Below, piece by piece: positions 10,352-19,376 of a stretch of DNA of 64,000 nucleotides. Origin of the DNA: a virus (taxonomy: Duplodnaviria; Heunggongvirae; Uroviricota; Caudoviricetes); the IMG/VR virus record IMGVR_UViG_2724679058_000003, one strand, 5' to 3'. A model generated the notes under the pieces. The model saw only the letters and a list, made by a program, of their open reading frames with translations, was not told where the DNA came from and made no database searches. Each line of letters opens with the position of its first letter. Positions within the stretch are counted from its first letter, which is position 1. The translations under genes and the position numbers were made by a program.

Positions 10352-11026
10352 TCACCATTCATAGGGTAAATTAAGCGCTTTTAAACCTTGCTGGAAAGTA
10401 TTAAGAGAGCCATTTTTTTGTTGTTCCATTTTTTCGCGTGCAGCTTTCTCATACTGCTCCATCCGTTGGTTATACTCTTGCAATTCCTCCGGGGAGAGGT
10501 TTCCCATTGGGGAGTTTGTACCCGGCCCCCTGGCCCGTTCTTCAAGCGTACCCTGAACGTTTTGATGGCGCATTCCCGGGGCGTTTCTGATTGAATCAAT
10601 GCCATTTCTTCCAACGTCTTCTTTATTAACAGCATTGCTCGCCACCAGTACGCCCCAGCTAGGGATAGCAAAATCAGGAGCGGTTTCGCATGCCTTTACC
10701 ATATAATCGAAAGAGCTTCGATTAATCTCGTTTGCGTCGGGATTTAATAGGCGAGAATATTGATATTTAGCATTTTCGTTGGTTGCGACTTTATACAGTT
10801 CTTGCTGCACCATCGCTTCAGAAAGTTTAAGGCGTTTCATATCTGACAGTAACTTCTTGCGCATGGATTCGTCTTGACTGACAGCAAAGCCGTAAACGTG
10901 CCCAAGGTATTTCGTATAATCGGTACAAATCTCCTTTACACTTGATGCTGCATTAACAGTCCCAGCCATAAATAATAACGGTAGTAATAGTTTTCTCATT
11001 ATAACCTCACCTGCCTTATAACTCAT
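10352..11026 (-). CDS. Secreted protein, SimC-like superinfection-exclusion candidate
   Basis: 224-aa ORF; signal peptide MRKLLLPLLFMAGTVNA; carries a segment homologous to the Sit C-terminal part. Confidence 0.6.
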   Translation of the reverse strand: MSYKAGEVIMRKLLLPLLFMAGTVNAASSVKEICTDYTKYLGHVYGFAVSQDESMRKKLLSDMKRLKLSEAMVQQELYKVATNENAKYQYSRLLNPDANEINRSSFDYMVKACETAPDFAIPSWGVLVASNAVNKEDVGRNGIDSIRNAPGMRHQNVQGTLEERARGPGTNSPMGNLSPEELQEYNQRMEQYEKAAREKMEQQKNGSLNTFQQGLKALNLPYEW

Positions 11027-11095
11027 TTAGGGTACATATTTTCGCCTTTAAAAAAAAGAGGTTATTAGATCCATTTGTGTGTTTATTATACAATT

Positions 11096-11112
11096 AATGC
11101 TCTAATAAATTT
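11096..11112 (+). promoter_or_regulatory. C1-type operator upstream of the icd/ant block
   Basis: AATGCTCTAATAAATTT, 16/17 match to the recalled P1 C1 operator consensus. Confidence 0.7.
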
Positions 11113-11426
11113 GTATTTTTAAGTCACGAATGCTATCTTTTCGCATCATATTGACCTTTTAATCGTTCAGGCTTATAGTTCCGCCGTCGTAGCAAATTCT
11201 GCGACCGGGTTTAGCAGCCTGAATGATTGTGCGGACAGCCGCAGATATCCGATATTGCGGTATTTTTGTGTCCGTAAAACCGCGTTACGCCCAAATTATG
11301 GTGGGGCGTGATGGGGAGGCTTCGGCCTGCTGGTTTCACAATCGCCAGTCTGCTAACCCCGTCACGTCCTGCCACCTGTTTAGCAGCGGGTAGCAGGTTG
11401 TTAAACCTGATTGTGAGGCCGTAACT

Positions 11427-11648
11427 ATGGTTAATGCCAATCCTTGCGCACGCCAAGAATTCATCTGGCGTTTCTATTCCTGTAAAAAACACCACTATCA
11501 CTTCGTTATCGCAGCAACTGAAGACGAAGCACGCTCTCAATTGCCTGATGGCCCCTGCATTTTTACTGCCCGTTTTTCAACTAACTCGCGCAATTCACTT
11601 AGTTACTGGAGCCTCCCCTTCTCTGCCGACGTTCAGGGGGGTTTATGA
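11427..11648 (+). CDS. icd: Icd-like small protein
   Basis: 73-aa ORF whose stop overlaps the next ATG (ATGA); size and position match the immI icd gene as recalled. Confidence 0.45.
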   Translation: MVNANPCARQEFIWRFYSCKKHHYHFVIAATEDEARSQLPDGPCIFTARFSTNSRNSLSYWSLPFSADVQGGL

Positions 11649-12133
11649 AAACACCTCTCGTCACCCGTAATGACATAGCCGAAGCGATCGCCCTGCATAC
11701 TGCCTGTATGCCGACACGGGAGATCCCCGGCGCAATTGCCAACTATTTCATGATAACCAGACGTTTTTATACCCGAACAGATAAGGCTGTGATCAACAAG
11801 CTACTGATAGCCGAGATCAGGGATTATTTGATTGAACAAGGACGTCTACGTTACGCAACAGTGGCAGCAGAAATGAGAAAGGAGGCACATAGAATGACCG
11901 GTAATAATTTAAATGTTGAAAAACCAGCACCTGTTGCTTCAGCTACGCCAGCACCAGCCGTGAATATCATTCCCAACACCGGAGACACAATCGACAGCCT
12001 GACACTGTTAAAGATGGTCAATGAAGCGCGTAAGTTATGTGGGGAACCAGAGGTTCGGAACAACAAATTCATCGAAAAAATACTCGATGAGCTTGATGGT
12101 GAGCACTACACAAAAAGTGTAGTGAAAAAATGA
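11645..12133 (+). CDS. Antirepressor-like protein, N-terminal module
   Basis: 162-aa ORF coupled (ATGA) to the following KilAC-domain ORF. Confidence 0.55.
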   Translation: MKTPLVTRNDIAEAIALHTACMPTREIPGAIANYFMITRRFYTRTDKAVINKLLIAEIRDYLIEQGRLRYATVAAEMRKEAHRMTGNNLNVEKPAPVASATPAPAVNIIPNTGDTIDSLTLLKMVNEARKLCGEPEVRNNKFIEKILDELDGEHYTKSVVKK

Positions 12134-12681
12134 ACAAAACATCAATGCTTGTCATAACCATGACTTTCAAACAAGCCCTGCGAGTCGCCGCGCGCGAGTC
12201 AAAAGCGGTCCGCCGTTCGCTGATCGACAAACTGGAAGAATTACAGCAGGCAAACTCACCTACCCCATCGATCCCCCAGACATTACCAGAAGCCCTACGC
12301 CTGGCTGCCGAGTTAGCAGAACAGAAAATGCAGTTGGAACAACAGCTGGTGGCCGCAGCCCCTAAAGTCGATTTTGCCGACCGGGTATCAGTGGCCAATG
12401 GAATCCTGATCGGGAACTTTGCAAAGGTCGTTGGACTTAAGCAAAACGCCCTTTTCTCATGGTTGCGCCAGAACGGCATTCTCATGGCTTTTGGTGCGCG
12501 CAAAAACGTACCGCGCCAACAGTACATCAACGCCGGGTATTTCACGGTGAAAGAAGTGGTACTGGATGATGAAAATGGCTACCAGATACGGCTGACGCCC
12601 CAATTAACGGGTAAAGGCCAGCAGTGGTTAACTCGCAAGCTACTTGATGCTGGTTTGTTAAAACCAGTAGCAATAGGTTAA
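12130..12681 (+). CDS. Antirepressor, KilAC (Ant C-terminal) domain protein
   Basis: 183 aa; LPEALRLAAELAEQK...GNFAKVVGL...TGKGQQWL closely parallels the C-terminal half of the 12845..13645 protein. Confidence 0.75.
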   Translation: MNKTSMLVITMTFKQALRVAARESKAVRRSLIDKLEELQQANSPTPSIPQTLPEALRLAAELAEQKMQLEQQLVAAAPKVDFADRVSVANGILIGNFAKVVGLKQNALFSWLRQNGILMAFGARKNVPRQQYINAGYFTVKEVVLDDENGYQIRLTPQLTGKGQQWLTRKLLDAGLLKPVAIG

Positions 12682-12692
12682 CAAAAGAAAAA

Positions 12693-12720
12693 ACCTGCCA
12701 GCAAACTGGCAGGTTTCTGA
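12693..12720 (+). terminator. Hairpin terminator after the ant block
   Basis: ACCTGCCAG-CAAA-CTGGCAGGT followed by TTCT. Confidence 0.5.
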
Positions 12721-12758
12721 GCAGATCGTCCAACCCGATCTGGATCGAGTCAGAAAAA

Positions 12759-12775
12759 TTTGCTCTAATAAATTT
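12759..12775 (+). promoter_or_regulatory. C1-type operator upstream of kilA
   Basis: TTTGCTCTAATAAATTT, 16/17 consensus match. Confidence 0.7.
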
Positions 12776-12844
12776 CGTTTTATAAGTGCAAAGAATCACC
12801 ATTTCGAGCTGGTGATTGAAGGTTGATGCAAATTTGGAGAAAAA

Positions 12845-13645
12845 ATGCAACAAACATTCAATGCGGATATGAATATATCAAACCTTCATCAAAATGTCGA
12901 TCCTTCAACCACTCTGCCTGTTATTTGTGGTGTTGAAATTACGACCGACCGCGCTGGCCGTTACAACCTTAATGCTCTACACAGAGCGAGCGGACTCGGT
13001 GCCCATAAAGCGCCAGCTCAATGGCTAAGAACGCTGTCAGCCAAACAGCTCATCGAAGAGCTTGAAAAAGAAACTATGCAGAATTGCATAGTTTCGTTCG
13101 AAGGCCGTGGCGGCGGCACTTTTGCCCATGAATTGCTCGCAGTGGAGTACGCAGGCTGGATTTCTCCCGCGTTTCGGCTGAAGGTAAACCAGACATTTAT
13201 CGACTATCGAGCCGGAAGATTACAACCTGCTATTCCGAAGAGCCTCCCAGAAGCTCTCCGTTTGGCTGCTGACCTGGCAGAGCAAAAGCAACGGCTGGAG
13301 CAAAAAATGCTGATGGATGCACCTAAAGTCGAATTCGCCGAACGCGTTGCTACCGCCAGCGGGGTTCTAATCGGCAACTATGCCAAAGTGCTCGGCCTGG
13401 GCCAAAACTATCTCTTCACCTGGTTGCGTGATAACGGAATTCTGATCGCAACCGGTGAACGCAGGAACGTCCCCAAACAAGAATACATATCCCGTGGGTA
13501 TTTCACCCTTAAAGAAACCGTGATCGATACAAGCAATGGAAGCAGGATTTCTTTCACGACTCGTATAACCGGCAAAGGTCAGCAGTGGCTGATGAAGCGA
13601 TTGCTTGATGCTGGTGTGCTGGTACCTGTCGCGGCAACGCGCTAA
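12845..13645 (+). CDS. kilA: KilA (KilA-N domain plus KilAC domain)
   Basis: 266 aa; N-terminal KilA-N-like region and C-terminal ANT/KilAC region. Confidence 0.8.
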   Translation: MQQTFNADMNISNLHQNVDPSTTLPVICGVEITTDRAGRYNLNALHRASGLGAHKAPAQWLRTLSAKQLIEELEKETMQNCIVSFEGRGGGTFAHELLAVEYAGWISPAFRLKVNQTFIDYRAGRLQPAIPKSLPEALRLAADLAEQKQRLEQKMLMDAPKVEFAERVATASGVLIGNYAKVLGLGQNYLFTWLRDNGILIATGERRNVPKQEYISRGYFTLKETVIDTSNGSRISFTTRITGKGQQWLMKRLLDAGVLVPVAATR

Positions 13646-13674
13646 CAGACGTAGTAAGAACCACCAGCATTGTA

Positions 13675-14175
13675 ATGCTGGCTAAAGTCACTTTCCTGAG
13701 CTGTATAACGATGAGCGATTTTACTTTTTCTGGCTATGAATTGGCCTGCTTTGTAACACACTCCGGTCTATCCCGTAGCGCCGGGCATATCCTGTCGCAA
13801 TGTGCAAATCTCGCGGCAACAACCAGTGAATACTTCATTCACAAGCCTCACCGCCTGATCGCGGCAGAAACTGGTTATAGCCAATCAACCGTCGTTCGTG
13901 CATTCCGTGAAGCTGTAAACAAAGGAATTCTGTCTGTAGAGATTGTTATCGGCGATCACCGTGAACGTCGCGCTAACCTGTACCGGTTTACACCATCCTT
14001 TTTGGCCTTCGCACAACAAGCCAAAAATGCGCTGATTGAAAGCAAATTAAAGATCTCTTCAGCGGCAACCAAGGTTAAAGCTGTTCTCGCTAAGACATTG
14101 GCTTTATTTAATTTTTTATCCACACCCCATGTCAAAATGATACCCCCTCCCCCTGTCAGGATGACGTGGCAATAA
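13675..14175 (+). CDS. repL: RepL-like lytic replication protein, N-terminal portion
   Basis: 166-aa ORF directly after kilA; ends in a CCCCCTCCCCC tract. Confidence 0.55.
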   Translation: MLAKVTFLSCITMSDFTFSGYELACFVTHSGLSRSAGHILSQCANLAATTSEYFIHKPHRLIAAETGYSQSTVVRAFREAVNKGILSVEIVIGDHRERRANLYRFTPSFLAFAQQAKNALIESKLKISSAATKVKAVLAKTLALFNFLSTPHVKMIPPPPVRMTWQ

Positions 14176-14519
14176 AGAATAAGAAGTCACAAGTTAAAAA
14201 AACAAAAAGATCAGTTTCCGGCGGTGCCGGAACGACCAGACTCAAAAAATTGACTTCATGGATCGCTGAGGCAAAAGCAAAGGCTGACAATCTGCGGTTA
14301 TCCAAAAAACGCGCTCAAAAACATGAGTTCAAGCAGAAAGTAGAGGCGGCAGCGCGGAAATATGCTTACCTGAAGAACAAGTGTTCTCCTGATATTGGCG
14401 GGGTATCAAACTTCGATAATCTGCCGCATTGCATGACGGTAAACGAAGCTCTTAATGCGGTTTTAGCCAAAAATAAAGATAACGAACAATGGGGTATACC
14501 GGCAGGATTCAGAGGGTGA
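14166..14519 (+). CDS. repL: RepL-like protein, C-terminal portion (adjacent frame)
   Basis: 117-aa ORF overlapping the previous one by 10 nt; its frame is open upstream to 14112; combined length ~283 aa. Confidence 0.55.
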   Translation: MAIKNKKSQVKKTKRSVSGGAGTTRLKKLTSWIAEAKAKADNLRLSKKRAQKHEFKQKVEAAARKYAYLKNKCSPDIGGVSNFDNLPHCMTVNEALNAVLAKNKDNEQWGIPAGFRG

Positions 14520-14815
14520 TAGATTGCTCTAATCTGGAGTCACCTGGCGTTTTCAGTTTGAGGTCGGAGATGCAATCTGATTTTTTACAGTTAGCGGTCG
14601 CTTTTGCAGGATATGTTTGTATTGGCTTCTGTGTATACATGATCAGCCGAAAAATGCTTGTCGATATCGACCGCAAAGAACGAGCAGAGGAGATCTTAGT
14701 ATGGATTTTCTTTGGCGCGGTCTGGCCATTAGGGATCATGTTTGCTGCAACATTTCTTCTGATGTGGATATTCACCCTTCCAGGTGATTTCTATAGAAAA
14801 AAAGCCAGACATTGA
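14489..14815 (+). CDS. Small membrane protein
   Basis: 108-aa ORF with two hydrophobic helices. Confidence 0.45.
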   Translation: MGYTGRIQRVIDCSNLESPGVFSLRSEMQSDFLQLAVAFAGYVCIGFCVYMISRKMLVDIDRKERAEEILVWIFFGAVWPLGIMFAATFLLMWIFTLPGDFYRKKARH

Positions 14816-14997
14816 TACAATCGTTGCGGGTGCTTGAGGCTATCTGCTTCAGGCATTACCCGAAAAGCAGATAGAAGAAAGCCCCAGATAACATTACGCG
14901 TCCTGCAAGACGCTTAACATTAATCTGAGGCCATATCTATGCTTAGCATACGTAGATTAACCCTCTCCCATTTTAAGGAGCAAGGAATTTTTTACTG

Positions 14998-15630
14998 CTA
15001 TGCCGCATTTCCAATTATGGATTCAGCGACCAGAACAACCCCATGCTTACTTCGATCTGGGTGTTCACTCCATATCTCGGATTCAGGAATACTTACCCCG
15101 TCATAGCAAACACGTTCGCCGTCAAACGGGTAATACTGAGCGGCATCGGTGTCGAGGATAAACACTTTTAGCTCGGAAGAGCGACGGGCGATGTGTTGCC
15201 AAAGAGCTTTTCCACCTTCGTATTGCTCATTATCACTGAGCAAAACAACACCAGCCTTTGAGGCTACGGTTTCGTAAACAAAAGTAGCTAAACCGACATC
15301 CCGGACAGTTCCATCAACCACGATACCTTCAATCTGGGCAACATCGCTATCCTCCCAGAACTTCCTTACCAGTACGCCTTCAAGCTGCGGGCGACGTTGA
15401 AGTTCAAGAGTAGCGACAACCTTATGCCGCATATCACCATCGATAATAGAAGGCGCAGCCTCTATTACAGCTGCAAATGGGGTTTTAGAATCCCATATAA
15501 CCTGGTAAAGCACACCCTGGATGGTAACTCCGTCCAGGATCGAAAATCGACGAGCGACAGTACCCGGGGAGTACGACATTGGAATCACAGCCATTTTAGA
15601 GTCCCCCTTTAACAGTACAGGCACAAACAT
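14998..15630 (-). CDS. Hypothetical protein
   Basis: 210-aa ORF. Confidence 0.6.
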   Translation of the reverse strand: MFVPVLLKGDSKMAVIPMSYSPGTVARRFSILDGVTIQGVLYQVIWDSKTPFAAVIEAAPSIIDGDMRHKVVATLELQRRPQLEGVLVRKFWEDSDVAQIEGIVVDGTVRDVGLATFVYETVASKAGVVLLSDNEQYEGGKALWQHIARRSSELKVFILDTDAAQYYPFDGERVCYDGVSIPESEIWSEHPDRSKHGVVLVAESIIGNAA

Positions 15631-15765
15631 CTACCTCAATAATTGTAGTTTATTAGAACATTAATAATCTAACATAAAACTCCAGACAATGTTATCGATG
15701 CATGTTTATATAAAATAGTTATAAAAAAAGCTCCCGAAGGAGCTTTAAAATACAAGGGATGACTC

Positions 15766-16275
15766 TTAATCCCAGTCAATCCAGTTGTAGACGATACGAA
15801 GTGACGGGCGCACAGCGGCAGTCACATCTTCGGTACTAAAGTCGATTGCATCACTGTAGATTTTGCAGTCCAACATTTCAATTGTTGTAGCAGCTTTTGT
15901 CACAGCTTTAACCCCGGAGGATTTGGATTCAGGAGTTGCAGCCATAGTGATATCAACATAGTCCTTCGCCGCAATGCGATCTTTAATGAATTGAAGAATA
16001 TCACCTTCGATAGTCTCCACGCACTGGACCTGGATTTCCCCGGAGTTACGGATCGGACCGTGCTGGTTGAACTTCACACCATTCGGACCATAGTCCTCCA
16101 CATCCTCGCGGGTCATTTCAGGGATTTGCGACGTGCGAACCAGTACGCTGATATCTTCATGGCCAGCAAAAGTGAGCTGGAATTCAGACGATACCAGTCG
16201 TTCGCCTTTGGCCGCGTTGGCTGTATAACGGCCCTTAATAAATTTACGGTTTCCCTTAGTGTTATTGTGTCCCAT
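15766..16275 (-). CDS. Hypothetical virion protein (tail-tube size)
   Basis: 169-aa ORF upstream of the sheath gene cluster. Confidence 0.55.
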   Translation of the reverse strand: MGHNNTKGNRKFIKGRYTANAAKGERLVSSEFQLTFAGHEDISVLVRTSQIPEMTREDVEDYGPNGVKFNQHGPIRNSGEIQVQCVETIEGDILQFIKDRIAAKDYVDITMAATPESKSSGVKAVTKAATTIEMLDCKIYSDAIDFSTEDVTAAVRPSLRIVYNWIDWD

Positions 16276-16286
16276 ATAAAATCCTT

Positions 16287-16733
16287 TTACTGGAACGCCC
16301 GAATGATATCGGAGCTGTTATATATCGAAGAACCCGTCAACTGGAGGTTGACTGTATTTTTCAGGAAATGCCCGTTGCTGTCCCTGGGCGCATCGAGATC
16401 GAAACTTAGGTCCTGGATAGCGACATCAATGATGTTGATCCGGCGACCAATGTTTAGCGTCACACGCTCCGGGATTCGACCACCAACACTGGCATCTTTA
16501 AGTTCCGGGCTAATCATCGCTGACAACGCGGCGATAGCTCCTGAAACCTCCGTAAACGGGTCAAACAAAGCAATGAAAGTTACTGGCAGCGTAAACGTCG
16601 GCGGAGTTCCCCCTTCCCAAACCATTAAGCTGTTCCAACGGGCAACCGACGTTGTTTCAGTACCAACCTGCGCAAAACCACTGAAGGCACCAGCAACAGA
16701 ACCCATGGACATACCAGAAAAGGAGCCTCCCAA
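16287..16733 (-). CDS. Hypothetical virion protein
   Basis: 148-aa ORF. Confidence 0.55.
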   Translation of the reverse strand: MGGSFSGMSMGSVAGAFSGFAQVGTETTSVARWNSLMVWEGGTPPTFTLPVTFIALFDPFTEVSGAIAALSAMISPELKDASVGGRIPERVTLNIGRRINIIDVAIQDLSFDLDAPRDSNGHFLKNTVNLQLTGSSIYNSSDIIRAFQ

Positions 16734-16902
16734 TTCTGGGCCATGTTCATTGCCGCCCCCTGACTGATATATCCAGTAACCTGATACTTAGAGTTAGTCA
16801 GAGTAACTTTCAGGCATGGTGATACACCATCAGCCTGGCCGTGAACGCCAAAAGGTATAGGTGCCATTCAAGTTAAAGGCCGGAGTTCTCCGGCCTCCTC
16901 CC

Positions 16903-17718
16903 TTAGCCGAGGCGCTTACGGCGCAGTTTCATTGACTTTTTGCGGGCCAGTTTTGCCGCACCGGTCTGGGCTTTACGACGCGCTTTTTTCAGCGCCGATT
17001 TTTGAGCCGCAGTCAGACGTTTTTTACGCAGGCGTTTACGGATGAGTTTGATCTCACCGTTACGAACAACTTTCTTAAATGCCTCCGTCAGCATTTCATC
17101 AGAAGTGCCAGCAACAACAAACGCAGCTTCCAGTTCGTCGCGGTCATCGCTATCCAAACCAGCAATAGCGGAACCGACATCAGCAGCTGCGTCGTCGTCT
17201 TCATCGTCAGCCAGTGCTTCGATCAGGTCATCATCTACACCACATGCTGCGAGGAAGTCAGCAACATTTGCCCATGCTTCGTTATAGGCATCATCCTGTT
17301 CTTCTGTAACTTCGGAGTCGTCATCATCAGAGATGCCAGCGATAGCCTGAACAAAACCATCAAGAGAGTCGAAAGTCAGATCACCGCTATCAGCCCAGGC
17401 GAAAACGGCATCAGCCGCATTACTCAACGCATTCTGCATAGCACTTCGATTTGCAGCTTCCAGAATCATCTGGTGCGCCTGTTCGACAGTCCATTCTTTA
17501 CCGTCTTTCCCCTCCAGGATTTGATCAGGGGCCGGGTCAGATTGAACATTCTCGTTAATCTGTGCCGCCGGTTCCGGATTATTATTAATCTCCGGTTCTA
17601 CTGGCGGTTGGGCACTTGCACGGGCAGATTCCATCAGCTGTACCGGATCAGCGTTTAAAGCGAAACGGGACAGGCCATTCCCCAAAAATGCCCCGGATTG
17701 AAAAAAGTTTTTGCTCAT
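16903..17718 (-). CDS. Acidic protein with strongly basic C-terminal tail (scaffold/internal protein-like)
   Basis: 271 aa; D/E-rich centre and KK/RR-rich C-terminus. Confidence 0.6.
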   Translation of the reverse strand: MSKNFFQSGAFLGNGLSRFALNADPVQLMESARASAQPPVEPEINNNPEPAAQINENVQSDPAPDQILEGKDGKEWTVEQAHQMILEAANRSAMQNALSNAADAVFAWADSGDLTFDSLDGFVQAIAGISDDDDSEVTEEQDDAYNEAWANVADFLAACGVDDDLIEALADDEDDDAAADVGSAIAGLDSDDRDELEAAFVVAGTSDEMLTEAFKKVVRNGEIKLIRKRLRKKRLTAAQKSALKKARRKAQTGAAKLARKKSMKLRRKRLG

Positions 17719-17727
17719 TGTATTCCC

Positions 17728-19317
17728 TTACTTAATAAGCAGCGGTATGCCCTGGATACGACGGGCTACACCTGTCGGGCAGCAGGCCCAGACCACTTCC
17801 CATTTATCGAATTCCGCCTGCGTAACTTTCAGCACATACGGTTCTGTACCGTCAGCATCCGGATCACGAGGAGCCACCAGAGCACCGGCAGCGACAAAGC
17901 GATCCAAAAGTTTGGTCATCCCTTTAGTCAGACCAGCGGCAGTAATACCATCAGGGCTATGCTTCATCTGACGTGCTAACTGGACAAAGAAACGGCTGAT
18001 TGCATTCATCAGGGATGGGACGTGCTGGAAGTGCAGATAGTTATCCTGCGTGCAGCAAGTTAAAGCATCGTCGATGATCATCTGGCCAGAGGTGCCGACA
18101 GATACTTTATTGAGGCGGCCCTTAACCATTGCTTCTTCGTCCGGGGTATCTTCCGGATACAGCGGTTGAATTGACGCACGAGCAATGATGGCGCGTTCTT
18201 CTCCAGCAGGAGAATAATGCCAACCGCCGACATCAGAGTTTTTCTTGACGCCACGAGCTTTCGCCGCATATGCCACGCCAGACAGACCAAAGACCACACG
18301 GGATTGGGTCCATTTGTCTTTGCAGGAGAACGGATAGTGATAGAAAGAACAGCTTACATAATCGGTACCAAGTAAACCGGTATCTTCAACAGCAGACAGC
18401 GCTTCCGTATACGTCAATGTCGGTTTAACATCAAAGAAGCCATCAATCAGGCGATCAGAGCAGATATTACCTAACGCGGTGATCGCCGCATTGTCATAGC
18501 AACCCAGGCCGAGAACAGCGGTGTACATGTACGGCGCATTGTTCAGCACTTTAACCGCGCGCAGGTAAGCAGCAGTTGAGATTTTCGACTGATCGCCGTT
18601 GGTGCCGCCAGTGAATGCCAGCGATTTTTTATTGGCTACTTTCGCTGTCGAAATCAGCTCTTCATTAACAACCGCGCGCAGATATTTAGAACGGGCTTCC
18701 AGAGCCGTAGGCAGGTAACACAAGCGGCCCATATCATCTTTCGCTTCTTCCGCCAAAGATAAAATATGTGTCTCCAGAGTCGTAACCACACCAAGCGAAG
18801 TCGTCTGGGTCAGTTTCAGAAGGAAGCGTTCATTACCTGCACTGTCCGCAGTTGCCGTTTCGATGGTTAACTCACGCGTAGGTGAAACGCATGGGTCGCC
18901 ATCATCAACATAGATTGCAAAGGCTTCGCCGCTATCAAGTTCAATTTCAGAACCGTATGGCAACGCGCTATTAGCCGGTTCACCTGATTCATCGAACATA
19001 ATAATCGGGAATTTTGCATCATCCGGAACAGCACGGACAACATAACCAGACGTTTGCTGAATAGCTTCGTACACATGACGAATTGGTTCGAACTGTGAGC
19101 CTGAAGACGGCTTCAGCGGTTCGCCGAGAACATCCTCGTAATTGGACTCATTAACAGGAAGAACAGTAAACGGCTTGCCACGCGCAAATACACCAATACC
19201 AGCCCATAAGCTGCTATTCAATGTAGCACCGGTAGATAACGTTGCATCAGCATTAATCGGACTAACCGCGACGCCGGATGCATTACCTAATGACTGTTGA
19301 ATTGAATATTGAGACAT
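17728..19317 (-). CDS. Tail sheath protein
   Basis: 529-aa ORF with myovirus-sheath-like composition; position next to the capsid-like gene. Confidence 0.7.
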   Translation of the reverse strand: MSQYSIQQSLGNASGVAVSPINADATLSTGATLNSSLWAGIGVFARGKPFTVLPVNESNYEDVLGEPLKPSSGSQFEPIRHVYEAIQQTSGYVVRAVPDDAKFPIIMFDESGEPANSALPYGSEIELDSGEAFAIYVDDGDPCVSPTRELTIETATADSAGNERFLLKLTQTTSLGVVTTLETHILSLAEEAKDDMGRLCYLPTALEARSKYLRAVVNEELISTAKVANKKSLAFTGGTNGDQSKISTAAYLRAVKVLNNAPYMYTAVLGLGCYDNAAITALGNICSDRLIDGFFDVKPTLTYTEALSAVEDTGLLGTDYVSCSFYHYPFSCKDKWTQSRVVFGLSGVAYAAKARGVKKNSDVGGWHYSPAGEERAIIARASIQPLYPEDTPDEEAMVKGRLNKVSVGTSGQMIIDDALTCCTQDNYLHFQHVPSLMNAISRFFVQLARQMKHSPDGITAAGLTKGMTKLLDRFVAAGALVAPRDPDADGTEPYVLKVTQAEFDKWEVVWACCPTGVARRIQGIPLLIK

Positions 19318-19331
19318 AACTTCCCTGTTAT

Positions 19332-19350
19332 GCGCCCCGCACGGGGGCGC
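19332..19350 (-). other. GC-rich stem-loop between capsid-like and sheath genes
   Basis: GCGCCCC-GCACG-GGGGCGC, 7-bp stem; no U-tract, so more likely a processing/stability hairpin than a terminator. Confidence 0.4.
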
Positions 19351-19376
19351 TATGTTAAACGGAGAACTTCCCCTGA

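Noticed and set aside
11280-11420. Exact placement of a c4-like antisense RNA upstream of icd
   Set aside because: One is expected here by analogy with immI, but I could not define its ends or the complementary target pairs by eye, so no feature was called.
11211-11540. 109-aa minus-strand ORF in the icd/ant leader
   Set aside because: Lies in the regulatory leader where an antisense RNA is expected and opposes the 73-aa icd-like ORF; no RBS.
15640-15660. Weak operator-like ATGTTCTAATAAACT upstream of the 14998..15630 gene
   Set aside because: Only the CTAATAAA core matches, with 5 or more mismatches in the flanks.
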